A stretch of DNA of 64,000 nt from NCBI GenBank assembly GCA_963754315.1, contig CAVWFS010000018.1, forward strand, positions 128,001 to 192,000. Reading direction: 5' to 3'. Positions 38,183 to 48,493 of this stretch are shown piece by piece (positions within the stretch are counted from its first letter, which is position 1; each line of letters opens with the position of its first letter). This stretch comes from an uncultured Candidatus Rokubacteria bacterium (lineage in GTDB: Bacteria > Methylomirabilota > Methylomirabilia > Rokubacteriales > CSP1-6). Position numbers and translations under genes: made by a program. The notes beneath the pieces are model-generated. The model worked only from the letters and a program-made list of their open reading frames with translations, made no database searches and was not told the DNA's origin.

Positions 38183-39553
38183 ATGCTGGAAGAACCGACT
38201 TCGCTTCGGATCGAGGACCCTGGTGTGCGCGCACTGTTCACGGAAGCGGCCCGCTTCCAGTCCTGGCTCGACGTTGAGGCGGCGCTCGCGCAAGCGCAAG
38301 CCGAGCTGGGAGTCATCCCGGAGGCTGCCGCCCATGAGATTGCGGACAAGGCGCGGTTGGTGAACCTCGATTTGGAGGCTGTCCGGGCCGCACTTGCCCG
38401 CACCGGTCATCCCCTGGTCCCCTTGGTATGGGCGCTGGATCAAGCGTGCGTGGGTGAGGCGGGGGGCTATGTGCATTGGGGAGCCACGACCCAGAACATC
38501 ACCCAGACCGGCCAGCTGCTCCAGGTCCGGCGGGCTCACGACATTTTTCTTCGCCAGCTGGCCACGATCCTCACGACCCTGGCCGATCTCGCGGAACGGA
38601 CCAAGGACGTCTTGCTGCCCGGCCGCACCCATGGCCAGCACGCAGTCCCCGCCACCTTCGGCTTCAAAGTGGCGGTGTGGATCGATGAGCTGTGTCGACA
38701 CGTGGAGCGGTTGCGCGGCTGCCAACGACGCGTGTTCGTGGCCATGCTGGGCGGTGGCGCGGGGACGCTCGCCTCGCTGGGCGAACTCGGCCTGGCCACT
38801 CAGGACAAGATGGCGGCGCGCCTTGGCCTTCACGCCATGAGCCTGCCAGCCCGCACGATCGGCGATCACCAGGCCGAGTACGTCCTGCTCCTCGGCATGC
38901 TCGCCTCCACCGGCAGCAAGATCGGTCGCGAGATCTACACGCTGATGAAGCAGGAGTTCGGGGAGGTAGAAGAGCCGGTCCCGCCGGGCACGGTAGGAAG
39001 CAGCACCATGCCCCAGAAGCGCAACCCAAAGCTGTCCCAAGACATCATCGCCGCCGCAGCGCAGATCCGTGCCCTCGTCCCGCTGGCCCTGGAGGCCATG
39101 CAGACCGAGCACGAGGCTGACCGGACCACCAGCATCATGATGAGCCGGGCGCTCACTCAGGCCTGCGAGCTGACCGGTGACATGCTGCAGCGGTTGATGG
39201 TGCTGCTCGAGGGGCTGCAAGTATTTCCTCGGCGCATGCGCGAGAACCTCGATCTGTCGGGCGGGCTCATCATGGCCGAGGCACTCATGCTTGAGCTCGG
39301 AAAGCAGATCGGCCGGCAGCGGGCCCACGACGCCGTCTACGAGGCGGCGCAAGCCGCTGTCACCCAGGCGCGCCCGTTTCGCGACGCGCTGGCCGAAGAG
39401 CCGCACGTCAAAGCCCATCTCACGGCCTCCCAGATCGAGGCCTTGCTCGACCCCGCCCGGTACACCGGGTTGTGCAGTCAATTCGCCGAGAGGGCGGCCG
39501 CGTGCGGACGCGAGATCGCCACCGCCATCCGGGGATCGCAGAAAATGGCGTGA
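38183..39553 (+). CDS. Adenylosuccinate lyase / 3-carboxy-cis,cis-muconate cycloisomerase superfamily protein
   Basis: VHWGATTQN, GRTHGQHA, GSSTMPQKRNP signature. Confidence 0.85.
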   Translation: MLEEPTSLRIEDPGVRALFTEAARFQSWLDVEAALAQAQAELGVIPEAAAHEIADKARLVNLDLEAVRAALARTGHPLVPLVWALDQACVGEAGGYVHWGATTQNITQTGQLLQVRRAHDIFLRQLATILTTLADLAERTKDVLLPGRTHGQHAVPATFGFKVAVWIDELCRHVERLRGCQRRVFVAMLGGGAGTLASLGELGLATQDKMAARLGLHAMSLPARTIGDHQAEYVLLLGMLASTGSKIGREIYTLMKQEFGEVEEPVPPGTVGSSTMPQKRNPKLSQDIIAAAAQIRALVPLALEAMQTEHEADRTTSIMMSRALTQACELTGDMLQRLMVLLEGLQVFPRRMRENLDLSGGLIMAEALMLELGKQIGRQRAHDAVYEAAQAAVTQARPFRDALAEEPHVKAHLTASQIEALLDPARYTGLCSQFAERAAACGREIATAIRGSQKMA

Positions 39554-39664
39554 CGTTCGCGCTTGGGCCGCCGTCCAATGATTCACAGGGACTCTGCTCC
39601 TGACGGGTAGACCGAGAAGGGGAGCAGAAGCAAACTGGCCTCGCTACTTATTACTGGGGCGCTC

Positions 39665-40912
39665 TCAGATAGTCGGCGAGCCTGGATCGAGGCCGAGCAA
39701 CAGGCGCCCGGCCAGTTCGAAGTTGTCGGGTGCGACCCACACGTGAGCGGCGGCCGTGTGGGCGTCTCGCAGGCACCGATCCAGGCGGCTGACGGTATAG
39801 ATCGCGCTCGCACCGCCGAGACTGAACATGAGATCCACCGCCTGGACCGCGTTGGCCATGGCCTGCGCGATGGAAAGCCGGTAGAGCGCGCGCTGCCGGG
39901 CGGACAGTCGCTCTCCACGGGCGACCGTCTCCCAAGCGTCGCGGGTGGTGTCGCGCACGTAAGCGCGGCCAGAGCCGACGAGGGCCTCAGCCTGGGCGAC
40001 CTTGGCCTGGATCGTGGTTCGGGCCGCCAGGCGGCCCTCGGAGGCGTGCCACGTGGCCTCCTTGCCGCCCGCGAGGCTGATGAACTCCTCGACGGCCACG
40101 CGGGCGATGCCCAGCCCAACCGCAGCGTGGGCGACGTGAGTCCAGCCCTCGAACCGGTAGAGCGGTTGGGGACGGGGCCACTGGTCGATCACACCGTGCA
40201 CGCGTTCCTCGGGGATGAAGACGTCGCTGAGTGCCCAGTCGTGACTGCCCGTTCCCCGCATGCCAGTGGTGTCCCAGGTGTCGATGACCTGGGCCTCGCT
40301 GGCGGGCACGACGCAGCGCAGATAGATGGGGCGGCCATCGGGACCGAGGCGGGGCTGATCGCCATCGTAGAGATGACAGCCCACGTGGAGCCAGGCCGCG
40401 ATAAGGATGTTACTGCCCTGCGACCATCGTCCTGTGAGCCGATAGCCGCCTTGTGTAGGAATGGCCCGGCCGCGCGGCGGGCCCGAACCGGCCATGACCG
40501 CCTGGCGTGGAGACGTGAACAGCTCAGCGAGCAGAGTGTCGGGAAGGCCACGCACGGTGCCCGTCATGGTGCTGGTCGAGATCAGCACGCTCCAGGCAGC
40601 GGCGCTGTCGGCTTGCGCGAGCGCCTCGGTCACGTCGAAGTAGGTGAGCGGATCGATCTCGCCGCCCCCCAGCGCGCGGGGGAGAAACATGCGATAGAGG
40701 CCGGCCTCAACCATGGCCTGCACCAACGGCTCGGTCAATGAGCCTCCGCGTTCGACCTCATCCGACGCAGCCCGCAATCTCGGGGTGAGCGCGTCCACGG
40801 CAGCGAGCAGGTCACCCCGCTGGTAGCTCGGGCCGGTCAAGGGATGCGACGAGGGGGCGCCGTTGCTATCGGCGGTGGGCCGGAGCCCGGTGGCGCGGAT
40901 GCCAGGAGTCAT
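39665..40912 (-). CDS. ACAD-fold flavin-dependent monooxygenase (HsaA/indole oxygenase-like)
   Basis: PRALGGGE, GYRLTGRW, WDTTGMRGTGSHD, GGASAIY, RDAH. Confidence 0.8.
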   Translation of the reverse strand: MTPGIRATGLRPTADSNGAPSSHPLTGPSYQRGDLLAAVDALTPRLRAASDEVERGGSLTEPLVQAMVEAGLYRMFLPRALGGGEIDPLTYFDVTEALAQADSAAAWSVLISTSTMTGTVRGLPDTLLAELFTSPRQAVMAGSGPPRGRAIPTQGGYRLTGRWSQGSNILIAAWLHVGCHLYDGDQPRLGPDGRPIYLRCVVPASEAQVIDTWDTTGMRGTGSHDWALSDVFIPEERVHGVIDQWPRPQPLYRFEGWTHVAHAAVGLGIARVAVEEFISLAGGKEATWHASEGRLAARTTIQAKVAQAEALVGSGRAYVRDTTRDAWETVARGERLSARQRALYRLSIAQAMANAVQAVDLMFSLGGASAIYTVSRLDRCLRDAHTAAAHVWVAPDNFELAGRLLLGLDPGSPTI

Positions 40913-41208
40913 GACTCAGGGCTGCTGCGCGGGAGCCGTGTCGGGCCGCGCAAGGGAGGACGGGGCACGGGAATCGGGAGTCCTCGAACCCAGGCCTGTC
41001 GTAGCAAGCGCCGACGTTCGCTCTCCAGCTTCTCGATGGCTTCCGCCGCCGAGACTGCCTCGGCCACGCAGCCCGGGAGCTCGGGGTACGTGGCGCGGCG
41101 CCACCATTCGCCCGCCCGCTCGATCGATTCGACCACGAGAAGGTAGGGCACCGCCTCGTAGAATTCTAGGCCGCGCGGCTCTTCCGGCGCCGATTCGTCG
41201 GTCGTCAC
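40909..41208 (-). CDS. Small HicB-like fold protein
   Basis: YPELPGCVAEA.S..EAI..L...GLPIPVP is a HicB-like pattern; overlaps both neighbours by 4 nt. Confidence 0.65.
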   Translation of the reverse strand: MTTDESAPEEPRGLEFYEAVPYLLVVESIERAGEWWRRATYPELPGCVAEAVSAAEAIEKLESERRRLLRQAWVRGLPIPVPRPPLRGPTRLPRSSPES

Positions 41209-42512
41209 GAGGCGAACGGCACCCACGCGATGGGAACTCCGGCGTCGGACTGGCGCGCTTTCTCGGTGGCCGTGATCCAGCTCTCGCCCTCCGGCAACAG
41301 GATCGAGGCGGGCCGCACGCGGCAGAGGGTCGGGTCGTCCACGTTGGCGGGCACCGCTCCCTCGTCGCGTAGCGCCCGAGCGGCGTTGATCAGCTGACGC
41401 CGCGCGAAGATCACCATGGCGTCCGTGGTGCCGAGGTGTTCCTGCGTACGGTCGTAAATCGGGCCCATCGTCTCGGTCATGGCCCGATCTTGGAGGTTGA
41501 CCAGGAAAGGGATACCGAGCACGAGGTCCGTCCTCTGCAGCTCGTAGTCGACGAGATAGTCGTTGTGCAGGTTGGCCTTGGTGTAGTAGCGCGTGCGCGG
41601 ATCGCTGGTCGGCGTGAGGTAGCCACCCCAGGTGGCGAACGGATCGACAAGGCGCTGACGCTCCTCGTCGGTCACCGGCCGGTCCAGCCGGGCGCGAATG
41701 GCGAACTGCAGATTGTAGTGATCATCCAGCGGCACCCACGCCCGTGCGTGGACGATGTTGGGATCGCTGGCGGCGATCATCGTGAAGAAGGGCAGGACAA
41801 ACTGCGTGATGCGGTGCCAGTACAGGCCGTCGACGTCCGCGCGCCGCCGGGCCGAGTAGCATGCGCCATAGTCGGTGGGGAGCACCTCCAAGCGTGGCCG
41901 TTTGTCGCGGTGGAACGTTCCGCGCTGCGAGCTCTCCGCCCGCAGCTTGGCGTGGACGAAGTCGATGTGCGAGGAGTCGATGTCACCCTCGAGGGCCTGC
42001 ATCCAGTTGCACTCCTCCAACATCAGGTGGGGTGGGTAGACGTACTCGGGTGGCAGGGTATTGATCTCGAACGCTGGGAGCGGCGGCGGTGTCTCCCGCG
42101 GCCCCATATAGACCCAGATCACACCGTTCACGTCCCGGCAGGGATACGCCCGCGCGCGGACCTTGTCCCTGAAGCTGCTCTCCTCTGGCTCGTTGGGCAT
42201 GTCCAGGCAGCGGCCATCCACGTCGAACTTCCAGCCGTGGTAAGCGCAGCGCAATCCGCACTCCTCGTTGCGCCCGAAGAAGAGCGACGCCCCGCGGTGC
42301 GGGCAGTTGGCGGCGAGCAGCCCAACCTCACCTCGCGTATTTCGGAACGCCACCAGATCCTCGCCGAGCAGACGCACCTTCTTCGGGGGTCCGTCGGGAG
42401 TCGGTAACTCGGCGGAGGGGAGACCTGGCATCCAGTATTGGCGTAACAGATCGCCCATTGGCGTGCCCCGCCCAATCCGGCACAGCAGCTCGTTGTCCTC
42501 TTTCGAGAGCAT
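41205..42512 (-). CDS. Rieske non-heme iron oxygenase alpha subunit (phthalate 4,5-dioxygenase / LigXa-like)
   Basis: MLSKEDNELL..GTPMG, CPHRG...CAYHGW, EGDIDSSH..FVH, QDRAM, EHLGTTD. Confidence 0.9.
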   Translation of the reverse strand: MLSKEDNELLCRIGRGTPMGDLLRQYWMPGLPSAELPTPDGPPKKVRLLGEDLVAFRNTRGEVGLLAANCPHRGASLFFGRNEECGLRCAYHGWKFDVDGRCLDMPNEPEESSFRDKVRARAYPCRDVNGVIWVYMGPRETPPPLPAFEINTLPPEYVYPPHLMLEECNWMQALEGDIDSSHIDFVHAKLRAESSQRGTFHRDKRPRLEVLPTDYGACYSARRRADVDGLYWHRITQFVLPFFTMIAASDPNIVHARAWVPLDDHYNLQFAIRARLDRPVTDEERQRLVDPFATWGGYLTPTSDPRTRYYTKANLHNDYLVDYELQRTDLVLGIPFLVNLQDRAMTETMGPIYDRTQEHLGTTDAMVIFARRQLINAARALRDEGAVPANVDDPTLCRVRPASILLPEGESWITATEKARQSDAGVPIAWVPFAS

Positions 42513-42752
42513 CGTCGCCGTCTCCTCTTCGCTTCCCGTTGGCCAGCTCACCGAGCCAGGACGCCGCCCGCCTTCCGCTCAGCGTGCCCGGCACTCAAAA
42601 TGGTAGCAGAAACATCGGAAGGCGTCGTTGTCACGAATCCAAGTCCCCGTGGTTCGCATCAAAGCGCAAGCGCGGTCGGACCCCGCTTCACGCCGGCTCG
42701 GAATCCCTCGACGATGGAGGTCGCATCCCAACATTGGAGGGATAGAGTCGAC

Positions 42753-43184
42753 ATGGCAAAGCGAATTCTTGTCCCGCTCGACGACGCCGAGTCGAGCGAG
42801 GAGATCATTCCTGTGGTGTCGGCGCTGGCGTCGGGGGCCGGGTCAAGCGTGCGGCTGCTGCGCATCGAGCCCGTGCCGGAACGGGTGATGGGCCCTGCTG
42901 GCCGTACGATTGCCTACGTCGATCAGGAGATGGATCGTCTGACGGCGCAAGGTCTTCGGGACTTGAGCCGCCACCAAGCCCGGTTCGCCGGAGTACCGGT
43001 CGAGAGCACGGTCCGCTTCGGCGAGCCCGTGGAGGAGATCCTCCTCGAGAGCGAAGCATTCGACGCCGATCTCATTGCCCTGGTCACCTCGAACCGCAGT
43101 AGGTTGCGCAGCGCGCTCTCGCCTGACGTTGCCGAGCGGGTGATGCGCAAGGCCTCGACGCCGGCGTTGATTCTCCGGGTGTGA
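42753..43184 (+). CDS. Universal stress protein
   Basis: KRILVPLD, GEPVEEI, ADLIAL, VAERVMRKA. Confidence 0.8.
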   Translation: MAKRILVPLDDAESSEEIIPVVSALASGAGSSVRLLRIEPVPERVMGPAGRTIAYVDQEMDRLTAQGLRDLSRHQARFAGVPVESTVRFGEPVEEILLESEAFDADLIALVTSNRSRLRSALSPDVAERVMRKASTPALILRV

Positions 43185-43231
43185 TCGCCAGCGACGGGAC
43201 TGAAGCGCCTTGAAGTGAGCCCCGCCGCCCC

Positions 43232-44476
43232 TCACAGGGGCATCTTGACGATGCGGCCATTGGCCTCGACGTACCACCGCTCGCTCGGGAACGTCCGGCC
43301 GTTGAGGGTGGCCGCCATCCAGTCCGCCATGAGCACCGGCGGATAGGGGCCGAGGTTGGCGGCGGGGACGTTGCCCACTGAGTGGCGCGAATCCTGATAG
43401 ACCACCAGGCGCTTCGGCCCCGCCAGCGCCCTCATGAGCCGCTCGGTATGCTCAATCGGCGAGAGCTCATCGGCCTCGCCGGCCAGGCAAAGATACGGCG
43501 CGCGGATCCTGTCGGCGTGCCCTTCCCAGGTCATGCGGCGGCGGAACTCGTCGAAGAGGGCCTCGTCCGTGATGCCGGACATGTACATGAAGCGCATCTT
43601 GAACGTCGGCGAGGCCTCTTCAAAGATCGTGTGGAAGCCCGGTTCGTGGCAGACGGATGCCACCGCCACTGCCCGCAGCCGCGGCTCGTGGGCGGCGGCA
43701 ATCGTGCCGAAGAATGACCCAAAGCTGGTCCCGCTCAGGCCGATGCGAGCGGGGTCGATCTCGGACCGTCGGGTCAGCCAGTCCACCGCGGCGGCGCCGG
43801 TGGCCATCCAGGCCGGCATGCTGAAATAGATCTCAAGCAGCGGACTCTCGTACTGGCCCGGCCCGTCCAGAGCGAGCACGGCCATACCTCGCGACAGCCA
43901 ACGGTCGCCGTACAGCGCGACCCCCATCTCCTTGAAACTGTCCATGCCAGGCAGCGACACCACCGCCGGAATCGATTCGCCCCGATAGCCCGGCGGCAAA
44001 TGAAACCACGCCGGTAGCGACCGGCCATCCGGAAGGGGAACCCACGCCGCCTCGACCTGGTGGTCAGCGAGGGCGGCGTACTTCGTGAAGCAGGCGCGCT
44101 TACGCGCGTTGTAGAGACGGTTCTGTGCGTTGTTCTCGTCGATCGGCCACTGGGCGGCGCCCCAGTGAATGCTGGCCATGAAGTAGTTCTCGCGGGCGGT
44201 GACGAGGTCCTGGATTTGCTCGGCCGCCTCCGCCTTGTCCTGCCGGCGACGGGCAACCGCCTCGAAGGCCGGGGAGGCGTCGGCGAGCTTCGTGATGCGC
44301 TGACGTAGGCCTGCAAAGTCGGCACTGGCTTCGGGGCCGCAGGGAGCGGACAGATAGATCGAGCGTGGTTGGTCCCAATCCATCCCCACCGATCGGATCG
44401 TGTTGTCGAGCAACCAGCGCTGCGCAGTCCAGCGGCGGGTGAGGGGATGCACGGGCGCCGTCTCCGGTGGTCCCAT
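43232..44476 (-). CDS. Alpha/beta hydrolase (FrsA / 2,6-dihydroxypseudooxynicotine hydrolase-like)
   Basis: PGMDSFKE, LDGPGQYE, GTSFG elbow, GEADEL. Confidence 0.8.
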   Translation of the reverse strand: MGPPETAPVHPLTRRWTAQRWLLDNTIRSVGMDWDQPRSIYLSAPCGPEASADFAGLRQRITKLADASPAFEAVARRRQDKAEAAEQIQDLVTARENYFMASIHWGAAQWPIDENNAQNRLYNARKRACFTKYAALADHQVEAAWVPLPDGRSLPAWFHLPPGYRGESIPAVVSLPGMDSFKEMGVALYGDRWLSRGMAVLALDGPGQYESPLLEIYFSMPAWMATGAAAVDWLTRRSEIDPARIGLSGTSFGSFFGTIAAAHEPRLRAVAVASVCHEPGFHTIFEEASPTFKMRFMYMSGITDEALFDEFRRRMTWEGHADRIRAPYLCLAGEADELSPIEHTERLMRALAGPKRLVVYQDSRHSVGNVPAANLGPYPPVLMADWMAATLNGRTFPSERWYVEANGRIVKMPL

Positions 44477-44483
44477 GCTTCCG

Positions 44484-45323
44484 TCAGCGGCGCTGATGAA
44501 TGCCGGCCCCCATCACGTAGTCGTGCAGGTTAGCTACGTTCATCTGCATCACCCGGGGCGCCATACCCTCTTGCTCGACGTCCATCGGATAGCGGTCCGT
44601 CAGCGCGGTGAGGTCGGCGACACACTGGTCCTTTGTCATCCCACGCTCGATTCCCTTGCGCACGTAGTCCACCCACTCCCGGATGAACGCGTCCTGTTCG
44701 TTCAGGTACCGCTTGTCGCAGACGGGGCCGTGACCGGGAACGAGGGTCTCGGCGCGTAGCTCGCGCAGAGACCCGAGGGCCTGCGACCACAGGTCAGGGT
44801 CGGCTTCCTGGAGCCAGGTGTGCACCTTGCAGAAGACGTTGTCGCTGGTGAAGACGACACCTTCTTCCTCGACGACGACGGCGGCCTGGTAGGGCGTATG
44901 GCCCGGCATGTTGATCATGCGGAAGGTGTGATTGCCCACGTGGAGCGTCATCTCGCTCTGGAAGGTGATGACCGGCGCATTGGCGCGGTAACCCTCGAGG
45001 AGTCGGGGCTCGTCCGGTCCAAAGGTCGCGACCCGCGCCAGGTGGGCTGTCATGTCGGTCTCTAAGATTCGCGAGCGCACTCCTTCGTGCGCCACGACGG
45101 GGACGTCGAAGAAGGCGTTGGCCGTCCAGTGATCGCCGTGTGGCTCCGTGTTCAGGATGTACCGAAGCGGACCGCGCCGCGCGATGTCGGCTTTAAGCCG
45201 CAGGGCATCGCTCGGCTTGTGCGGCCCGTCGATCATGACCAAGCCATCGGAGGTGGTGACCAGCCCGTGATTGGACCCGCGTTGCTCGGTCTCGACGAAA
45301 ACGTTGGCCGTGAGCTGCTTCAT
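44484..45323 (-). CDS. MBL-fold metallo-hydrolase (cyclase-like)
   Basis: NTEPHGDH, PGHT, FTSD, VPGHG. Confidence 0.85.
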   Translation of the reverse strand: MKQLTANVFVETEQRGSNHGLVTTSDGLVMIDGPHKPSDALRLKADIARRGPLRYILNTEPHGDHWTANAFFDVPVVAHEGVRSRILETDMTAHLARVATFGPDEPRLLEGYRANAPVITFQSEMTLHVGNHTFRMINMPGHTPYQAAVVVEEEGVVFTSDNVFCKVHTWLQEADPDLWSQALGSLRELRAETLVPGHGPVCDKRYLNEQDAFIREWVDYVRKGIERGMTKDQCVADLTALTDRYPMDVEQEGMAPRVMQMNVANLHDYVMGAGIHQRR

Positions 45324-45338
45324 GGGGCTCCTCCAGGC

Positions 45339-45686
45339 TCAGCGAGTTGGCCAGGCGCTGACCGGCTCCGGATGCCGATCCGTCCCCGCCTGGACGCGAT
45401 AGAGAACCATACGGGTCAGACTCTGGACTCGATGCACCTCACCCGCGCGAAAGATGACGGTGGCGCCGGGGCCCAGTCGCATCTCCTTGTGTCCGTCGTT
45501 GAAGAGGCCCTCGCCCTCCAGGACGTAGTAGATCTCGTCAGCTCCCGGATGGGAGTGGATGGGCGAGGTCTGCCCCGGCTCCCAGCCGACCACGCTGATC
45601 GAGCAGAAAGGGGTCTCGGCCAGGAACTTGTAGACGTGTCGCTCCGACGAGAACTCCCTTGACCCCTGCAGATCGAGAATCTCCAT
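45339..45686 (-). CDS. Cupin domain protein
   Basis: GGAGG RBS; HSHPGADEIYYVLEG and GEVHRV. Confidence 0.85.
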   Translation of the reverse strand: MEILDLQGSREFSSERHVYKFLAETPFCSISVVGWEPGQTSPIHSHPGADEIYYVLEGEGLFNDGHKEMRLGPGATVIFRAGEVHRVQSLTRMVLYRVQAGTDRHPEPVSAWPTR

Positions 45687-45837
45687 GTCGGCGTCCTCCG
45701 TTGGTAGGAACCCGGGGAGAGCGTAGGCGACCGGCGCGCGTGGTGTCAAACGGGCCCGTCATCCCGCGAATGGCCACAGCGGCAACGCCACCCGTGCTAC
45801 GCTGCGTAGGCAGCAACGGCAGAAAGGAGGAAGCACC

Positions 45838-46110
45838 GTGCCCAAGTTTGTGATCGAGCGCGAGATCGCCGGCGCCGGGAAACTATCCGCTCAAGAGCTC
45901 AAGGGCATCTCCCAGAAGTCGTGCGGGGTTCTGCGCGAGCTGGGTCCCGAAGTGCAGTGGGTCGAGAGCTACGTGACCGACGACAAGGTGTACTGCGTCT
46001 ACGTCGCTCCGAACGAGGAAGCCATCCGGGAGCATGCGCGCCGGGGCGGTTTTCCCGCTAACCGGATCTCCGCCGTCCGGCGGATGATCGACCCGACCAC
46101 CGCGGAGTAG
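45838..46110 (+). CDS. DUF4242 (SCO4226-like) small protein
   Basis: AAGGAGG RBS; PKFVIER, VQWVESYV..DKVYCVY.AP.EEAIREHA..GGFPANRI. Confidence 0.85.
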   Translation: MPKFVIEREIAGAGKLSAQELKGISQKSCGVLRELGPEVQWVESYVTDDKVYCVYVAPNEEAIREHARRGGFPANRISAVRRMIDPTTAE

Positions 46111-46123
46111 CTGCGCCGGAGAA

Positions 46124-47227
46124 CTAGTCCTCGCGAACCGTCACCGAGAGCGCTCCTGTTCGGCAGGTGGCCAAGGTGTAGGTGGCGTAGGGGGCCTGAC
46201 AGGGCGAGCCCTTGGCGGCGTGAAGCTCGCGATTCGTGAGATCGCCGATCACCGAGACGACGGTCTGCAGATTGCGGCCGGGGAACGGGTGGGCGCACAG
46301 GCTGTGGGGCGCGTTCGCATGGTCCCGGTAGAAGCCTTGCAGATCGGCAATCGTGAGCGGCCCCGTGGCGCCGGCCAGGAGTTGCCCGAGGCGCCGCCGG
46401 CGTACCAGCGAGTTTTCCGACGCTTTCTCATAGCCCTCGAACTCGGGCGCTTCCAGATGATTGGCGTGCACGAGGAGGCCATCGCTCGTCCGCAGAACTG
46501 CCGCCTCCTGGCGCAGTGCTTCCACATCGAGGAGCGCTCCCCGGTCGTCGGCGATCAAGAGATTCCGGGACGCCGCGCGCGGCGGCGTCAGGGCGGCCGC
46601 GCAGGCTGACTCGGCGCTCTCGGCACGCAGGGCGAGCCGAGACAAGAGATAACGGGGAAGTCCCGCACCCCATCCGCCCGGGTCGTCGATGAAGTTCGCA
46701 CAGACCCCCACGCCCGCCTCGTTGAGCCCATTGTGGCCAAGGAGGCCCGCGGTCGTGTACAGAAGGGCAGCCGGCGCGCCCGTCGGGTACTGGCGGATGA
46801 TGACACCGAACTCTTCTACGAACGGGACCAGGTCCACGTTTTGACCGAAGAACGTCACGTCGCTCGCGGTGCGCCTTCCGGCGAGACCGAACGTGGTGCA
46901 TTCCAGCGCCGGTACGGCCGCCTTGTTGGCGCGCATGACCTCGGCGCGAGCCTGGAGGATCAGGAGGCGCGAGATCGGGAGGCCTGATCCGTGCGCCATC
47001 CCCTCGAGCTCCTCCCAAAGAAACGGGGCGTGCTCGCGGACCGGTTCGGCGAACGGGGCAGCCGCTTCTTCCACGGCCTGGCGGGAGCAGCCCGTTTCGC
47101 GCATCACGTGTCGTGTCCAGGCGTCGAGATGACGCTCGATGGAGGGCGCAAACATCCGGCCGACCTGATGCCCGATCTCGCCCCACGAGCCCTGAGCGTG
47201 GATGAAGGGAAGGACCGACGGGCTCAT
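46124..47227 (-). CDS. C45-family autoproteolytic Ntn acyltransferase/hydrolase
   Basis: EELEGMA, ECTT (nucleophile Cys), GQNVD, GLNEAG, HANH. Confidence 0.85.
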   Translation of the reverse strand: MSPSVLPFIHAQGSWGEIGHQVGRMFAPSIERHLDAWTRHVMRETGCSRQAVEEAAAPFAEPVREHAPFLWEELEGMAHGSGLPISRLLILQARAEVMRANKAAVPALECTTFGLAGRRTASDVTFFGQNVDLVPFVEEFGVIIRQYPTGAPAALLYTTAGLLGHNGLNEAGVGVCANFIDDPGGWGAGLPRYLLSRLALRAESAESACAAALTPPRAASRNLLIADDRGALLDVEALRQEAAVLRTSDGLLVHANHLEAPEFEGYEKASENSLVRRRRLGQLLAGATGPLTIADLQGFYRDHANAPHSLCAHPFPGRNLQTVVSVIGDLTNRELHAAKGSPCQAPYATYTLATCRTGALSVTVRED

Positions 47228-47303
47228 ACTCGGCCAGTATGGCAGATCGGCCACGGGGAGGCTAACGGGAGAGGCCGGACACGTGGAGTATGATGCCCGA
47301 GGC

Positions 47304-48173
47304 ATGCCGGGACCGACTTCCCACACATACTTCTCCCAGCGTCTGCGGCTGCACTATGTGGACTGGGGGCATGAAGACCGCCCGCCTCTGCTCTTGATCC
47401 ACGGCGGCCGCGATCACTGTCGCAACTGGGACTGGACGGCGGCAGCCCTCCAGGACGACTACCACGTCATCGCGCCGGACCTCCGGGGGCACGGGGACAG
47501 CCAGTGGTCCTCCGACGGGAGCTACACGATGGCCGGGTACATCTACGATCTCGCCCAGCTCATCCATCAGCAACGATTGGCGCCCGTCACCATCATTGGC
47601 CATTCCCTCGGCGGCAATATCGCGCTTCGCTACGCTGGCATCTATCCGGAGACGGTGGCCAAGCTGGTGGCCCTCGAGGGACTCGGACCGCCGCCGCGCG
47701 TGCTGGCCGAGCACAGGGCCAAGACGATGGCCGAGCGCATGGACGAGTGGATCCGCGAGCAACGCGGTCTCGCGGGCCGCCTGCCCCGGCGCTATGCCTC
47801 GATCGAGGACGCCTTTCATCGCATGCAGGAGGAGAACCCGCATCTATCCGAGGAGCAAGCGCGCCATCTCACCGCTCACGGCGTCAACCAGAACGAGGAT
47901 GGCACGTACAGCTGGAAGTTCGACAACTACGTGCGCGCCTGGCCGCCGTACGACATGAGCGGTAGGGATATCCAGTTCCTGTGGGCGCGGATCAGCTGTC
48001 CCACCTTGCTCGTGTTCGGCAAGGAGAGCTGGTCTGGCAACCCCGCCGAGGATGGTCGAGCCAAGCTCTTCCGGGACCCTGGTGTCGCCGGCATCGACCG
48101 GGCGGGCCACTGGTTGCATCACGATCGTCTGGACGAGTTCCTTCGGATTGTGAGAGAGTTCCTTCTGCGATGA
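47304..48173 (+). CDS. Alpha/beta hydrolase
   Basis: LHYVDWG, IHGGRDH, DLRGHGDS, GHSLGG, AGHWLHHD. Confidence 0.9.
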   Translation: MPGPTSHTYFSQRLRLHYVDWGHEDRPPLLLIHGGRDHCRNWDWTAAALQDDYHVIAPDLRGHGDSQWSSDGSYTMAGYIYDLAQLIHQQRLAPVTIIGHSLGGNIALRYAGIYPETVAKLVALEGLGPPPRVLAEHRAKTMAERMDEWIREQRGLAGRLPRRYASIEDAFHRMQEENPHLSEEQARHLTAHGVNQNEDGTYSWKFDNYVRAWPPYDMSGRDIQFLWARISCPTLLVFGKESWSGNPAEDGRAKLFRDPGVAGIDRAGHWLHHDRLDEFLRIVREFLLR

Positions 48174-48445
48174 GTTCTTCTGCGCGCGGGGATGAGAGTC
48201 TGCTCCGGGCCGTCGAGCACCTGGAGACCGGGGCGTGGCAGCAAGCCCACACGATCGTCCAGCAGAATCAGTCGACGCTCGCCGCCTGGCTCCACGGCAT
48301 CGTCCACATTCTCGAGGGCGACCTGGACAACGCGCGAGGCTGGTATCGGCGCGCCGGGCGCCCCTTTCCTGACCCGGGGTCGGTCTCGGCGGAGATCAGC
48401 GCGGCACGGCGCGCGGTGGCCGAGGGGAGCTCGCCCGGAGCCTGA
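48170..48445 (+). CDS. Conserved small hypothetical protein (TPR-like helical)
   Basis: ATGA overlap; W..AH.IVQ...AAWLHG.VH..EGD..NA..WYRRAGR pattern. Confidence 0.7.
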   Translation: MSSSARGDESLLRAVEHLETGAWQQAHTIVQQNQSTLAAWLHGIVHILEGDLDNARGWYRRAGRPFPDPGSVSAEISAARRAVAEGSSPGA

Positions 48446-48493
48446 AGAGGTGCCGTCGTTCCGCGGCCACGCCCCATCAAGAAGGAGCCGATC

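Noticed and set aside
38183..39553. Calling the gene purB or pcaB
   Set aside because: The superfamily signature is clear, but the two cannot be told apart by eye and no pur or pca neighbours are present
40909..41208. HicAB toxin-antitoxin module
   Set aside because: No hicA-like ORF is adjacent and there is no room for one, as both flanks overlap enzyme genes
44484..48173. Beta-lactam biosynthesis/resistance cluster (C45 acyltransferase + MBL)
   Set aside because: No ACV synthetase or IPNS; both families are broad hydrolase groups
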